From the NCBI GenBank assembly GCA_964427375.1, contig CAYRUF010000020.1:563-64562 (forward strand): a DNA stretch of 64,000 nt, given 5' to 3'. The notes under the pieces are model-generated. The model was not told where the DNA came from, made no database searches, and saw only the letters and a program-made list of their open reading frames with translations. The position numbers and the translations under genes were made by a program. Source of the DNA: an uncultured Desulfatibacillum sp. Lineage in GTDB: Bacteria > Desulfobacterota > Desulfobacteria > Desulfobacterales > SpSt-501. How positions within the stretch are numbered: the first letter of the stretch is position 1; each line of letters starts with the position of its first letter. Shown here in pieces: positions 46,613 to 56,734 of this stretch.

Positions 46613-48022
46613 ATGACTTGGACGATCGACGACATACTCGACGCCACCCGCGGCGAACTCGCCGCGGGCGCTCGCGGGCGCAGCTTCGATTCGATCGGCA
46701 TCGACTCGCGCACCATCACGGCCCGCGCGGTGTTTGTGGCCATTCGCGGAGACGTGCACGACGGGCACCGCTTCATCGGGGAGGTGCTGAACCAGGGCAT
46801 CCGCGGCATCGTCGTCCGCCGCGATCGGGTAGACGCGGTGCGGGCGTTGCGGGAGATGCACGGCGACGTTGCCTGCGTGGCGGTCGCTGACACCAACCGC
46901 TCCCTCGGGGACCTGGGGGGATTCCATCGCCGGCGGTCGCCGGCCGCGGTCGTGGCCATCACCGGGTCCAACGGCAAAACCACCACGCGCCGAATGGCCG
47001 CCGAGATCCTGTCGCGACGCTTCACGGTGCTGGAGCCGGCCAAAAATCTGAACAACCAGATCGGCGTTCCGCTGACGCTGCTGCGGCTGGAGCCGACGCA
47101 TCAATGGGCGGTCCTGGAGCTGGGGACCAACCAGCCCGGCGAAATTGCGCGGCTGAGCGAAATCTGCACCCCGGACATCGGGGTCATCACCAACATCGGG
47201 CCGGCGCACTTGGAGGGGCTCGGCTCCCTGGAGGGGGTTCTGCAGGAAAAAAGCGCGCTGGTGGCCGGGCTGGCGCCCGGCGGACGCGCCGTGCTCAACG
47301 CGGACGATCCGCGCCTGCGATCCCTGGCCGGGGCATCCGGCGCCGGAGCGCTGCTGTTCGGCTGTTCGGCCGATGCCGCGGTGCGCGCCGAGCAGATTCA
47401 GGAAACCGAGCATGGAATCCGCTTCCAATTGCTGCTGCCGGGGCGGCGCACGGCGGTTCAGCTGCAGGCTTTCGGCCGGTTCATGGTGCACAACGCCCTC
47501 GCGGCCGCCGCGGTCGGGTATGCCCTCGGCCTGGACGCCGCCGACATCCGCGCCGGGCTGGAAGCCTTCATTCCGGTGGGGGGCCGCATGGACGTGAGCG
47601 AGCTGGCCGGCGGCATCCACCTGATCGATGACACGTATAACGCCAACCCGGCATCCATGGAGGGCGCCATGCATGCGCTCCATCGCCTGCGCGGGACCGC
47701 CCGCAGTCTGCTGGTGCTGGGCGACATGCGCGAACTGGGCCGCGATGCCGCCGCCCGGCACCGGGAGGTGGGCCGGCTCGCCGCCCGCAGCGGCGCAGCC
47801 AAGCTGCTGGCCTGCGGGGATTTTGCCGCCGATGTGGCCGCCGGCGCCCGCCAGGGCGGAATGGCGGCCGCCGACATCGTCATCGGATCCCGGGCCGAGG
47901 TGCAGGCCGCTCTGCTGCAGGTGCTGCAGGCCGGCGACTGGCTGCTCGTCAAGGGCTCCCGGGCGATGGGAATGGAAGCGGTGGTTCGGGCCGTGCGGGA
48001 CCGGTTCGAACCGCAACGTTAG
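46613..48022 (+). CDS. murF: UDP-MurNAc-pentapeptide synthetase
   Basis: ITGSNGKTTT, NNQIGVP, LELGTN, DDTYNANP.SM, GDMRELG, LVKGSR. Confidence 0.95.
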   Translation: MTWTIDDILDATRGELAAGARGRSFDSIGIDSRTITARAVFVAIRGDVHDGHRFIGEVLNQGIRGIVVRRDRVDAVRALREMHGDVACVAVADTNRSLGDLGGFHRRRSPAAVVAITGSNGKTTTRRMAAEILSRRFTVLEPAKNLNNQIGVPLTLLRLEPTHQWAVLELGTNQPGEIARLSEICTPDIGVITNIGPAHLEGLGSLEGVLQEKSALVAGLAPGGRAVLNADDPRLRSLAGASGAGALLFGCSADAAVRAEQIQETEHGIRFQLLLPGRRTAVQLQAFGRFMVHNALAAAAVGYALGLDAADIRAGLEAFIPVGGRMDVSELAGGIHLIDDTYNANPASMEGAMHALHRLRGTARSLLVLGDMRELGRDAAARHREVGRLAARSGAAKLLACGDFAADVAAGARQGGMAAADIVIGSRAEVQAALLQVLQAGDWLLVKGSRAMGMEAVVRAVRDRFEPQR

Positions 48023-48031
48023 GAAGCCGAG

Positions 48032-49111
48032 ATGCTCTATCATCTTTTATATCCGCTGCACACGCTGTTTTCGATCCTGAACGTGTTCCGCTACATCACG
48101 TTCCGGACGATCTACGCCAGCCTGACCGCCTTTTTCATCTGTTTTTTCCTCGGGCCCTGGGTAATCGACCGGCTGGCGCGGATGCAAATCGGACAGTACA
48201 TCCGCGACGACGGCCCCCAAAGCCATCTGGGCAAAGCCGGGACGCCGACCATGGGCGGGGTCTTGATGATCGCCGCGATTACGTTGTCCACGCTGCTGTG
48301 GAGCGACCTGACCGACCCGTTCATCTGGATCGCCCTCTGGGTCCTGCTCGGTTTCGGGGCCGTGGGGTTTATGGACGACTACCTCATGCAGGTCAAGAAG
48401 CAGAGCAAGGGGCTCAGCGTGCGCGGCAAGCTGGTGTGCCAGGCGGGGGTCGGGCTGGTCGCCGGAGGTTGGGTGTATCTCACGCCGAATTTCTCGACCG
48501 AAGTGACCATTCCCTTTTTCAAGACGGTGACGCCGGACCTGGGCTGGGGCTACATCGTCTTCGCGATGCTGGTCATCGTCGGCGCCTCCAACGCCGTCAA
48601 TCTGACGGACGGCCTCGACGGGCTGGCCATCGGCCCGGTCATCATCGCCGCCGCCACCTATATGGTCTTCGCCTATGTCGCCGGCCATGTCAAAATCGCC
48701 AGCTACCTGCAGATCACCTATGTGCCCGGCTGCGGGGAGTTGGCCGTGCTCTGCGGCGCCATGGCCGGCGCCGGCTTGGGGTTCTTGTGGTTCAACGCCT
48801 ATCCGGCCCAGGTGTTCATGGGGGATACGGGCTCTCTGTCGCTGGGGGCCGTGCTGGGGGCGATCGCGGTCATCACCAAGCAGGAGATCCTGCTGGTGCT
48901 GGTCGGAGGGCTCTTCGTGATCGAGGCCTTATCGGTCATCTTTCAGGTGGGCTTTTTCAAGATGACCAGCGGCCGGCGGATCTTCCGCATGGCGCCGCTG
49001 CATCACCATTTTGAGTTGAAAGGCTGGCCGGAACCCAAAGTCATCGTGCGGTTCTGGATCATTGCGATCGCTCTGGCCCTGCTCGCCATGAGCACGCTGA
49101 AACTCAGGTAG
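48032..49111 (+). CDS. mraY: phospho-MurNAc-pentapeptide transferase
   Basis: [34 protein letters not shown]. Confidence 0.96.
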   Translation: MLYHLLYPLHTLFSILNVFRYITFRTIYASLTAFFICFFLGPWVIDRLARMQIGQYIRDDGPQSHLGKAGTPTMGGVLMIAAITLSTLLWSDLTDPFIWIALWVLLGFGAVGFMDDYLMQVKKQSKGLSVRGKLVCQAGVGLVAGGWVYLTPNFSTEVTIPFFKTVTPDLGWGYIVFAMLVIVGASNAVNLTDGLDGLAIGPVIIAAATYMVFAYVAGHVKIASYLQITYVPGCGELAVLCGAMAGAGLGFLWFNAYPAQVFMGDTGSLSLGAVLGAIAVITKQEILLVLVGGLFVIEALSVIFQVGFFKMTSGRRIFRMAPLHHHFELKGWPEPKVIVRFWIIAIALALLAMSTLKLR

Positions 49112-49117
49112 CACGGC

Positions 49118-49193
49118 ATGCGACCCGTCCGCCCGAACCCGGCATCCGACGACCGCCCTCCTCCGGTGCCGGGCGGCGCGGACGGGGCCGCAT
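49118..49193. repeat. long GC-rich intergenic hairpin between mraY and murD
   Basis: ATGCG-ACCCGTCCGC..CCCGGCA/TGCCGGG..GCGGACGGGG-CCGCAT nested inverted repeat. Confidence 0.5.
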
Positions 49194-49214
49194 CGCCGCC
49201 GTAAGGACGTCGGC

Positions 49215-50618
49215 ATGGAGCTGCACCGCAAACGCGTTCTCGTGGTTGGACTGGCCCGGACCGGGGTGGCCGCCGCCCGGTTTTTGCACGGCCGGGGGGC
49301 GATCGTCCGGGCGACCGATCGGGCCGACGAGGGCCGCCTCGGACCCGCGGTGGCCGAACTGCGGGCCATGGGGATCGCGCTCGAGTTGGGCGGCCATGAC
49401 GATGCGAGCTTCGCCCGCGCCGAGATGATCGTGCTGAGCCCCGGCGTGGCGCACACGCTGCCGGCGCTGCAGGCCGCGCGCCGCCGCGGCGTCCCGGTGA
49501 TCGGCGAGACCGAGCTGGCCGCCCGATTCATCCGGCAGCCCATCGTGGCGGTGACCGGCACCAACGGCAAGACCACGACCACCGAATTGGTGGGCGCCAT
49601 GCTCGCCGCGTCGAGCCGCCGGGTGTTCGTGGGCGGCAACATCGGCCGGCCCCTGATCGAATACGTGGACGCCGGCATGACCGCCGAGATCGTGGTGGCG
49701 GAAGTCAGCAGCTTCCAGCTGGACACGATTGAATGGTTTCGGCCGAACGTCGGGGTTCTGCTCAACATCACGCCGGACCACCTGGACCGGCATGCGAGCT
49801 TCGCCGACTACGCGGCGGCCAAGCTGCGGCTGTTTGAAAACCAGGAGGCCGGGGATGTCGCCGTCCTCAACGCCGACGACCCGGTCATCGCCGCGCACGC
49901 CGAAGCCATTCGCAGCCGCAAACTCTTTTTCTCCGCCGCCGCGGCGGGCCATGCCGCCGGCCGGGACGGCAGCCGGCTGATCCTGCGGCTGCCGGAGCGT
50001 GAAGCGGTCGGGCTCGATCTGGCGCGCTTCCGGCTGCGCGGTGCGCACAACGCCGAAAACGCCGCCGCGGCGGCCCTGGCGGCCCTGGCCGCCGGCGCCC
50101 GCCCGGCCGGCATCCAGGCGGCGATCGACGCCTTTCGGCCGGCCGCTCACCGCCTGGAGACCATTGCGACGATCCACGGCGTCGAATACGTGAACGACTC
50201 CAAGGCCACCAACGTCGACGCGGTGCGCCGCGGCCTGGAGTGCTTCCGCTCGCCGGTGGTGCTGATCATGGGCGGGGTGGACAAGGGCGGTGATTTCAGC
50301 CTGCTCCAAGATGCCGTCCGCCGCCACGGCCGGGGCCTCGTGCTGCTCGGCGACAGCCGCGACGCCCTGCGGGCCGCCCTCGGCGGGCTCCTGCCGACGT
50401 GCGAGGCCGCCTCCATGCAGGAGGCCGTGCAGGCGGCGCAGGCCATGGCCGCCGCCGGGGATGCGGTGCTGCTGGCCCCGGGCTGCGCCAGTTTCGATCG
50501 GTACGCCGATTACCAGGAGCGCGGCGATGACTTCCGCCGCGCGGTCCAGGCGCTAAAACCAGCGCCGAACGAGGCGTCTTCGCCGTCCGTCGGCGCCGAT
50601 TCCGGGAAGGGCCGGTAA
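49215..50618 (+). CDS. murD: UDP-MurNAc-L-Ala:D-Glu ligase
   Basis: VTGTNGKTTT, GGNIG, EVSSFQL, DHLDRH, NDSKATN, LAPGCASFD. Confidence 0.95.
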   Translation: MELHRKRVLVVGLARTGVAAARFLHGRGAIVRATDRADEGRLGPAVAELRAMGIALELGGHDDASFARAEMIVLSPGVAHTLPALQAARRRGVPVIGETELAARFIRQPIVAVTGTNGKTTTTELVGAMLAASSRRVFVGGNIGRPLIEYVDAGMTAEIVVAEVSSFQLDTIEWFRPNVGVLLNITPDHLDRHASFADYAAAKLRLFENQEAGDVAVLNADDPVIAAHAEAIRSRKLFFSAAAAGHAAGRDGSRLILRLPEREAVGLDLARFRLRGAHNAENAAAAALAALAAGARPAGIQAAIDAFRPAAHRLETIATIHGVEYVNDSKATNVDAVRRGLECFRSPVVLIMGGVDKGGDFSLLQDAVRRHGRGLVLLGDSRDALRAALGGLLPTCEAASMQEAVQAAQAMAAAGDAVLLAPGCASFDRYADYQERGDDFRRAVQALKPAPNEASSPSVGADSGKGR

Positions 50619-50621
50619 CCG

Positions 50622-51776
50622 ATGAGACCCGCTGCCGCAGCCATGCCGAGTGTCAGCCGCGGACGCTCCGCCAGCACCGTCTATGACGTGCAGCTGCTGT
50701 TTCCGGTGCTCTTCCTGGTGGGGATCGGCATCGTCATGGTCTACAGCGCGAGCTCGGCCTTGGCCATGAAAAAGTTCGGCTCGGATTACTACTTTTTGAA
50801 AAAGCAGGCCATGTTCGCGCTGGCGGGCATTTGCGTGCTCGTGCTCGCTCGGCACGTGCCCTACCGGCTCTACCGGCCGTTGGCCTATCCGCTGCTGGCG
50901 GCGGCGCTGGTCCTGCTGGCGGCGGTCCTGTTTTCGCCGCTGGGGATCACGGCCGGCGGGGCGAGCCGGTGGCTCGGGCTGGGGCCGCTGCGGTTCCAGC
51001 CCTCGGAATTCGCCCGTTTCGCGCTGGTCGTCTACCTGGCCTATTCCCTGGAGAAAAAAGCCGAGCGCATCAAGGAGTTCTCGATCGGATTCGTGCCTCA
51101 TGTGGTGGTTCTGGGCGCGGTGGCGGTCCTGATCCTGAAGCAGCCCGACTTCGGATCCGTGGCCATTCTCGCCGTGCTGACCTGGCTGATGATGTTCGTC
51201 GGCGGCGTCCGGATGCTGTATTTGGGCAGCTCCTGCCTGGTCCTGGGGGCGGCCGGAGGGTATTTCATCACCCGGGCCGGCTACCGCATGCGCCGGCTGC
51301 TGAGCTTCCTGGATCCCTGGCAGTACAGCGCCGACGCCGGCTATCAGATCGTGCACTCGTTGATGGCCTTCGGCACGGGCGGCTGGTGGGGGACCGGCAT
51401 CGGCAAGGGCTACCAGAAGCTGTTCTATCTGCCCGAGCCCCACACGGACTTCATTTTTTCGGTGATCGGCGAGGAGCTGGGCCTGGTCGGCGTGCTGGTG
51501 ATCATCCTGCTCTATCTGATGATCATCTGGAAGGGCATCCGCATTGCGCGGCACGCCACCGATCTGTTCGGCAGCTATTTGGCCATCGGCCTCACCGCGG
51601 CGCTCGGCCTGCAGATCTGCATCAACATGGCGGTCACCCTGGGGCTGCTGCCGACCAAGGGGCTGACCCTCCCGTTTCTGAGCTACGGCGGAACGTCGCT
51701 GCTGTTGAACATGGCCACGATCGGCATCCTGATGAATATCGGCGCCGCCGCCCCGGCCGGACGAGGTGCGGCATGA
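50622..51776 (+). CDS. ftsW: lipid II polymerase FtsW
   Basis: GASRW, QPSEF, QPDFG, LPEPHTDFIFS, PFLSYGGTS. Confidence 0.95.
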   Translation: MRPAAAAMPSVSRGRSASTVYDVQLLFPVLFLVGIGIVMVYSASSALAMKKFGSDYYFLKKQAMFALAGICVLVLARHVPYRLYRPLAYPLLAAALVLLAAVLFSPLGITAGGASRWLGLGPLRFQPSEFARFALVVYLAYSLEKKAERIKEFSIGFVPHVVVLGAVAVLILKQPDFGSVAILAVLTWLMMFVGGVRMLYLGSSCLVLGAAGGYFITRAGYRMRRLLSFLDPWQYSADAGYQIVHSLMAFGTGGWWGTGIGKGYQKLFYLPEPHTDFIFSVIGEELGLVGVLVIILLYLMIIWKGIRIARHATDLFGSYLAIGLTAALGLQICINMAVTLGLLPTKGLTLPFLSYGGTSLLLNMATIGILMNIGAAAPAGRGAA

Positions 51777-52942
51777 CGGCGCGCGGATGCAGCCCCGCCT
51801 CCGGCGGCCCGTGCGCGCTGCGCATCGTCATCGCCGGCGGCGGCACGGGCGGCCACCTCTTCCCGGGCATCGCCGTCGCCGAAGAGATCCGGGCCCGTCA
51901 TCCCGGCCACCAGGTTCTTTTCATCAGCCGGGGCAACGAATTCGAGCGCACGGCCCTGGCGGCCGCGGGCTTTCCGCTCGCGACCATCTCGGTCGAAGGG
52001 CTCAAGGGCCGCGGCCCGTGGAACCAGCTGCGGGGGCTCTGCCGCCTGCCGGTGAGCCTCGTCCAGTCGCTCCGGCGGCTGCGGGCGTTCCGGCCGCATC
52101 TGGTCATCGGCCTGGGCAGCTACGCGGCCGGGCCGGTGGTGACGGCCGCCTGGCTGCGCAGAATCCCGGTGGCGCTGTGCGAGCAGAATGTCCGGCCGGG
52201 CGTCACCAACCGGGTCCTGGCGCGGCTGGCCGAGCGGATCTTCACCTCCTTCGATCAAACCGAAGCCGGGTTCGACGCCGCCAAGGTTGATTGGACCGGC
52301 AATCCGCTGCGGCGGCAGATTGTCGAGAAATGCGCCCGCCCCGCGCCGCCCGGCCCCGCGCCGGCCGCGCCTTTCACGGTGCTGGTGCTCGGGGGCAGCC
52401 AGGGGGCCCATCGCATCAACACCGCCGTGATCGAGGCGCTCGGCGGCCTCGGCGATCCGGCCGGATTCTTTTTCATTCATCAGACCGGCCACGCGGATGA
52501 GGCGATGGTGGCCGAGGGCTATCGACGATCGGGGGTGGCCGCCCGCGTGCAGGCGTTTTTCGAGGACATGGCCGACCAATACGAACCGGCGCACCTGGTC
52601 GTCTGCCGGGCCGGGGCGACCACGGTGGCGGAGATCACCGCGCTGGGCAAGGCGTCCGTTTTGATCCCCTACCCCCACGCAGCCGATGGCCACCAGCATC
52701 TCAATGCCCGGCGGCTGGCGGATGCCGGCGCGGCCGAGCTGATCGACGAGCGGGAGTTGAGCGGCGAACGCTTGAGCGAGCGCATCCGGTTTTTCGCCTC
52801 CCATCCGGAGGTTCTGAAACGGATGGAACAACACGCGTCCCGGCTGGGCAAGCCGGATGCGGCCCGCCGCATCGTCGACGCGTGCGTCCGGCTGGTCGCG
52901 GAGCGCACCCCGGGCCGACGGGCCAACCGGCTGACGGGCTAA
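51773..52942 (+). CDS. murG: MurG glycosyltransferase
   Basis: GGGTGGHLFPG, EQN..PG.TN, GNPLR, LGGSQGA, CRAGATT. Confidence 0.95.
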   Translation: MTARGCSPASGGPCALRIVIAGGGTGGHLFPGIAVAEEIRARHPGHQVLFISRGNEFERTALAAAGFPLATISVEGLKGRGPWNQLRGLCRLPVSLVQSLRRLRAFRPHLVIGLGSYAAGPVVTAAWLRRIPVALCEQNVRPGVTNRVLARLAERIFTSFDQTEAGFDAAKVDWTGNPLRRQIVEKCARPAPPGPAPAAPFTVLVLGGSQGAHRINTAVIEALGGLGDPAGFFFIHQTGHADEAMVAEGYRRSGVAARVQAFFEDMADQYEPAHLVVCRAGATTVAEITALGKASVLIPYPHAADGHQHLNARRLADAGAAELIDERELSGERLSERIRFFASHPEVLKRMEQHASRLGKPDAARRIVDACVRLVAERTPGRRANRLTG

Positions 52943-52957
52943 CGGACGAACGACACC

Positions 52958-54364
52958 ATGTATCGCAAAAAATATCACATCCACTTCGTGGGCGTCGGCG
53001 GCATCGGGATGAGCGGCATCGCCGAGCTGCTGCTCAACCTGGGCTACACCGTGTCCGGTTCGGACCTCCGAGCGTCCGACATCACCGAACGTCTGCGCTC
53101 GCTGGGCGGGACCATCCACGAGGGGCATGCCGCCGAACAGATCGAAGGCGCGGACGTAGTGGTGACCTCCTCGGCTGTGCGGCCGGAGAACCCGGAAGTG
53201 CAGGCCGCCCATCAGGCTTCGATCCCCGTGATCCCGCGGGCGGAGATGCTGGCGGAGCTGATGCGGCTGAAATACAGCGTCGCGGTGGCCGGGGCCCACG
53301 GCAAGACCACCACGACATCGATCATCGCGGCCGTGCTGGCCAGCGGCGGGCTGGATCCGACGGTCGTGATCGGCGGCAAGCTGATCGGCGTCGGCACCAA
53401 CGCCGTGCTGGGCCGCGGCGATTTTATCGTGGCCGAGGCGGACGAAAGCGACGGCTCGTTCTTGCGGTATTCGCCGGCCATCGCGGTCGTCACCAACATC
53501 GACCGCGAGCACCTCGATTATTATGCGGATCTGGCCGCCATCCAGCGGGTTTTTTTGGAATTCATCGACCGCATTCCGTTTTACGGCCTGGCGGTCCTCT
53601 GCCTGGACAACGAACCCATCCAGGGCCTGCTCCCGCAGATCAAAAAGCGCTACACGACCTACGGGACGAACCCGCAGGCCGACTTCCAGATCCGCCACGT
53701 CGTGGTCGAGGGCCGCCGCACCCGCTTCAGCGTCTTTCACCGCCGGCGCAAGCTCGGCCGCTTCAAGCTGAACCTGCCCGGGGTGCACAACGTCTACAAC
53801 GCCACCGCCAGCATTGTGGTGGCGACCGAACTCGATATTCCGGTCGCACGCATCCAGAGCGCTCTGCAGAGTTTGGCCGGCGTGCAGCGGCGGCTGGAGG
53901 TCAAGGGGGAGGTGAACGGGGTCACCGTCGTGGACGACTACGGCCACCACCCCACGGAGATCAAGATGACCCTGCAGGCCGTGCGCGAAGGTTGGCCCGA
54001 GCGCCGCATGGTGGTTGCGTTCCAACCCCATCGTTACACCCGCACGCGCGCCCTGATGGAGGAATTCTCGCGGGCGTTCTACCAATCGGATGTCGTGGTC
54101 ATCCTGCCGATCTACGCCGCCAGCGAAGAACCGCTGGAGGGAGTCACCGGGCAGGCCCTCGGCCGGCAGATCGTCGCCCACGGCCACAAGCAGGTGGTCT
54201 TCGCCGACGGCATCGCCGATGCGGCGGAGCAGCTGAAATCCCTGCTGGCGCCCGGCGACCTGCTGCTGACCCTGGGCGCCGGCGACGTCTGGAAGGTCGG
54301 CGTCGACCTGCTGCAGACAACCTGGACGGCTGCCGGGAACCCCGTTGAACGGAGGCTCGCATGA
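52958..54364 (+). CDS. murC: UDP-MurNAc:L-Ala ligase
   Basis: [49 protein letters not shown]. Confidence 0.95.
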   Translation: MYRKKYHIHFVGVGGIGMSGIAELLLNLGYTVSGSDLRASDITERLRSLGGTIHEGHAAEQIEGADVVVTSSAVRPENPEVQAAHQASIPVIPRAEMLAELMRLKYSVAVAGAHGKTTTTSIIAAVLASGGLDPTVVIGGKLIGVGTNAVLGRGDFIVAEADESDGSFLRYSPAIAVVTNIDREHLDYYADLAAIQRVFLEFIDRIPFYGLAVLCLDNEPIQGLLPQIKKRYTTYGTNPQADFQIRHVVVEGRRTRFSVFHRRRKLGRFKLNLPGVHNVYNATASIVVATELDIPVARIQSALQSLAGVQRRLEVKGEVNGVTVVDDYGHHPTEIKMTLQAVREGWPERRMVVAFQPHRYTRTRALMEEFSRAFYQSDVVVILPIYAASEEPLEGVTGQALGRQIVAHGHKQVVFADGIADAAEQLKSLLAPGDLLLTLGAGDVWKVGVDLLQTTWTAAGNPVERRLA

Positions 54365-54389
54365 AGGCGCGCTCGCGCGAGCGGCACCG

Positions 54390-55358
54390 ATGGAGGATCG
54401 GATGAGACGGATCACCCCCAGCGTGCGCCGGCCGCCGCGGACCGGCCACCGGCGGGCGCCCCGCCAGAACATCAGCCGGCGGACCGTGGCCCAACGCCAC
54501 CGCTCCTGGCTGCGGCGGCTGGTGGCGGCGATCTGGCTGGCCGTCGTCACGGCCGGGGTGTTGTTCGTCAGCGTTTTTTTCATCTTCCTGCATGATGTGT
54601 TCACCCAGAGCGAGCATTTCCAGGCGCACCAGATCCACGTCGAAGGCGGCCGGCGCCTGTCCCGGCAGCTCATCCTCGATCAGGCCGGCGTCCGGCCGGG
54701 AATCAATGTGCTCAGCGTCAACCTGGCGGCCGCCCGCAAACGGCTGCTGGCGCATCCCTGGATTGCCGAGGCGGAGATTCAGCGTGAAATTCCCGCGACG
54801 CTGCGCATCCGCATTCGGGAGCATGTCGGGGCGGCCGTGGTGGATGTCGGACGCAAGTTCCTGCTCAGCCCCCAAGGCGAGCTTTTCAAGGAATGGGAAC
54901 CTTCGGATCCGGCGGACCTTCCGTCCGTGGTCGGGCTGGCCGCTGCCGACCTGCGTGTGGCGGATCGTGCGGCCGCGGCCGCAGGCCCGGCCTTTTTCGA
55001 CGCGGGCGGGCCGGCTGCGCCGCCGCCCCCTCCCAGCCGGGCGATGGATGCGGTGCTGCAGGTGCTCCTCCTGGGCCGCGAGCCGGAGAGCGTTCTCTCC
55101 ACCCGCGAGCTGCGATCGATCCAGGTGGACCGGGAGCTGGGCCTGACGCTGATAGCGTATGCGGAGAACCGCGCCATCCGGCTGGGATACAACGACTATC
55201 CCGCCAAATACCATCTGCTCCGGGATCTGCTGGCCTTTTTCCGCACCCAGCCGAACGTCGCGGATTTCGAGCGGATCGATCTGACCGATATGAACCGGGT
55301 CATTGTCAACCCGATCCGGGCCGAGATCCCGAAAAAAACGGGCCCGCAAGGAGGTTAA
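54390..55358 (+). CDS. ftsQ: cell division protein FtsQ/DivIB
   Basis: Basic N-terminus, single TM, POTRA-like segment, PWIAEA, C-terminal IDL; position before ftsA (start uncertain). Confidence 0.82.
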   Translation: MEDRMRRITPSVRRPPRTGHRRAPRQNISRRTVAQRHRSWLRRLVAAIWLAVVTAGVLFVSVFFIFLHDVFTQSEHFQAHQIHVEGGRRLSRQLILDQAGVRPGINVLSVNLAAARKRLLAHPWIAEAEIQREIPATLRIRIREHVGAAVVDVGRKFLLSPQGELFKEWEPSDPADLPSVVGLAAADLRVADRAAAAAGPAFFDAGGPAAPPPPPSRAMDAVLQVLLLGREPESVLSTRELRSIQVDRELGLTLIAYAENRAIRLGYNDYPAKYHLLRDLLAFFRTQPNVADFERIDLTDMNRVIVNPIRAEIPKKTGPQGG

Positions 55359-55362
55359 CGCG

Positions 55363-56595
55363 ATGCAGCGCAAGGAAGACATCGTCGTCGGACTGGACAT
55401 CGGCACCACGAAAATCTGTGCCGTGGTGGGGGAGGTTTCCGCCGGCGGCGTCAACATCATCGGGATCGGCACGCATCCCTCGGTCGGCCTGCGGAAGGGG
55501 ATGGTCGTCAACATCGAGGCCACGGTGGAGTCCATCAAAAAGGCGGTCGAGGAAGCCGAAATGATGGCCGGCTGCGAAATCTCCTCCGTCTACACCGGCA
55601 TTGCCGGCGGTCATATCACCGGCTTCAACAGCCGCGGCATCGTGGCGATCAAGGGCGCCGAGATCACCGCCCAGGATGTGGAGCGGGTCATCGACGCCGC
55701 CCGCGCGGTGGCCATTCCCATGGACCGCGAAGTCATTCATGTGCTGCCCCAGGAATACATGGTCGACGGCCAACCCGGCATTCAAAATCCGGTCGGCATG
55801 TCCGGGGTGCGCCTGGAAGCCAAGATCCATATCGTGACCGGAGCGGTGGCCTCCGCCCACAACATCGTCAAGTGCGCCAACCGCTCGGGGCTGGATGTGT
55901 GCGATATCGTGCTGGAGTGTCTGGCCTCGGGCGAGGCCGTGCTGACCGAAGAGGAAAAGCAGCTCGGCGCGGCCCTGCTCGACCTGGGCGGCGGAACCAC
56001 CGATCTCGCCGTATTTTCGGGCAAAAACATCAAGCACACCTTCGTGCTCGCCCTCGGCGGAGACAACCTCACCAACGACATCGCCATCGGCCTGCGCTGC
56101 CCCCACCCCGAAGCCGAAAAACTCAAGAAGAAATTCGGACACGCCGTCGCCCGCAACATCCAGGCCGACGAGATGATCGAGGTGCCGGGGGTGAGCGGCC
56201 GCGAGCCGCGCAAGCTCCCGCGTCAGATTCTGGGAGAAATCCTGGAGCCGCGCATGGAGGAGATCTTCGCGCTGGTCAACCGCGAAATCTATCGGGCCGC
56301 CATGGAAAACCACATCCCCTCCGGCATCGTCCTGACCGGCGGGACGGCGTTGCTCGAGGGGGCCACCGAGATCGCCGAATCGGTCTTCAACCTGCCGGCG
56401 CGGATCGGCACCCCGCAGGGAATCAAGGGGCTCGTGGACGTGGTCAACAACCCCATGTACGCCACCGGCGTGGGCCTGGTTCTCTACGGCGCGCGCCACC
56501 AGCAGACCGAAAAGAAGAAATTCCGGATCCGCGACCGCAACATTTTCAATCGCCTGATGACCCGCATGCGGCGCTGGTTCAAGGACGTCGTATAA
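55363..56595 (+). CDS. ftsA: cell division protein FtsA
   Basis: GLDIGTTKI, LDLGGGTTD, VLTGG, C-terminal amphipathic RMRRWFKDVV; AGGAGG RBS. Confidence 0.96.
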   Translation: MQRKEDIVVGLDIGTTKICAVVGEVSAGGVNIIGIGTHPSVGLRKGMVVNIEATVESIKKAVEEAEMMAGCEISSVYTGIAGGHITGFNSRGIVAIKGAEITAQDVERVIDAARAVAIPMDREVIHVLPQEYMVDGQPGIQNPVGMSGVRLEAKIHIVTGAVASAHNIVKCANRSGLDVCDIVLECLASGEAVLTEEEKQLGAALLDLGGGTTDLAVFSGKNIKHTFVLALGGDNLTNDIAIGLRCPHPEAEKLKKKFGHAVARNIQADEMIEVPGVSGREPRKLPRQILGEILEPRMEEIFALVNREIYRAAMENHIPSGIVLTGGTALLEGATEIAESVFNLPARIGTPQGIKGLVDVVNNPMYATGVGLVLYGARHQQTEKKKFRIRDRNIFNRLMTRMRRWFKDVV

Positions 56596-56600
56596 ACCGA

Positions 56601-56708
56601 AAATTTAAAATTTAAAGATTAACGGAGTCCAGCTGCAAGAAACAATTTCATGAATCGCACAGTCAGTCGCCATCGAAACATTAACTTTTAAACGTTAAAC
56701 CTTAAACC
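56601..56708. repeat. inverted pair of AT-rich heptamer arrays (NNTTTAA)
   Basis: AATTTAA AATTTAA AGATTAA facing TTAACTT TTAAACG TTAAACC TTAAACC. Confidence 0.6.
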
Positions 56709-56734
56709 CCAACACCCAGGCAGGAGGGCACAGC

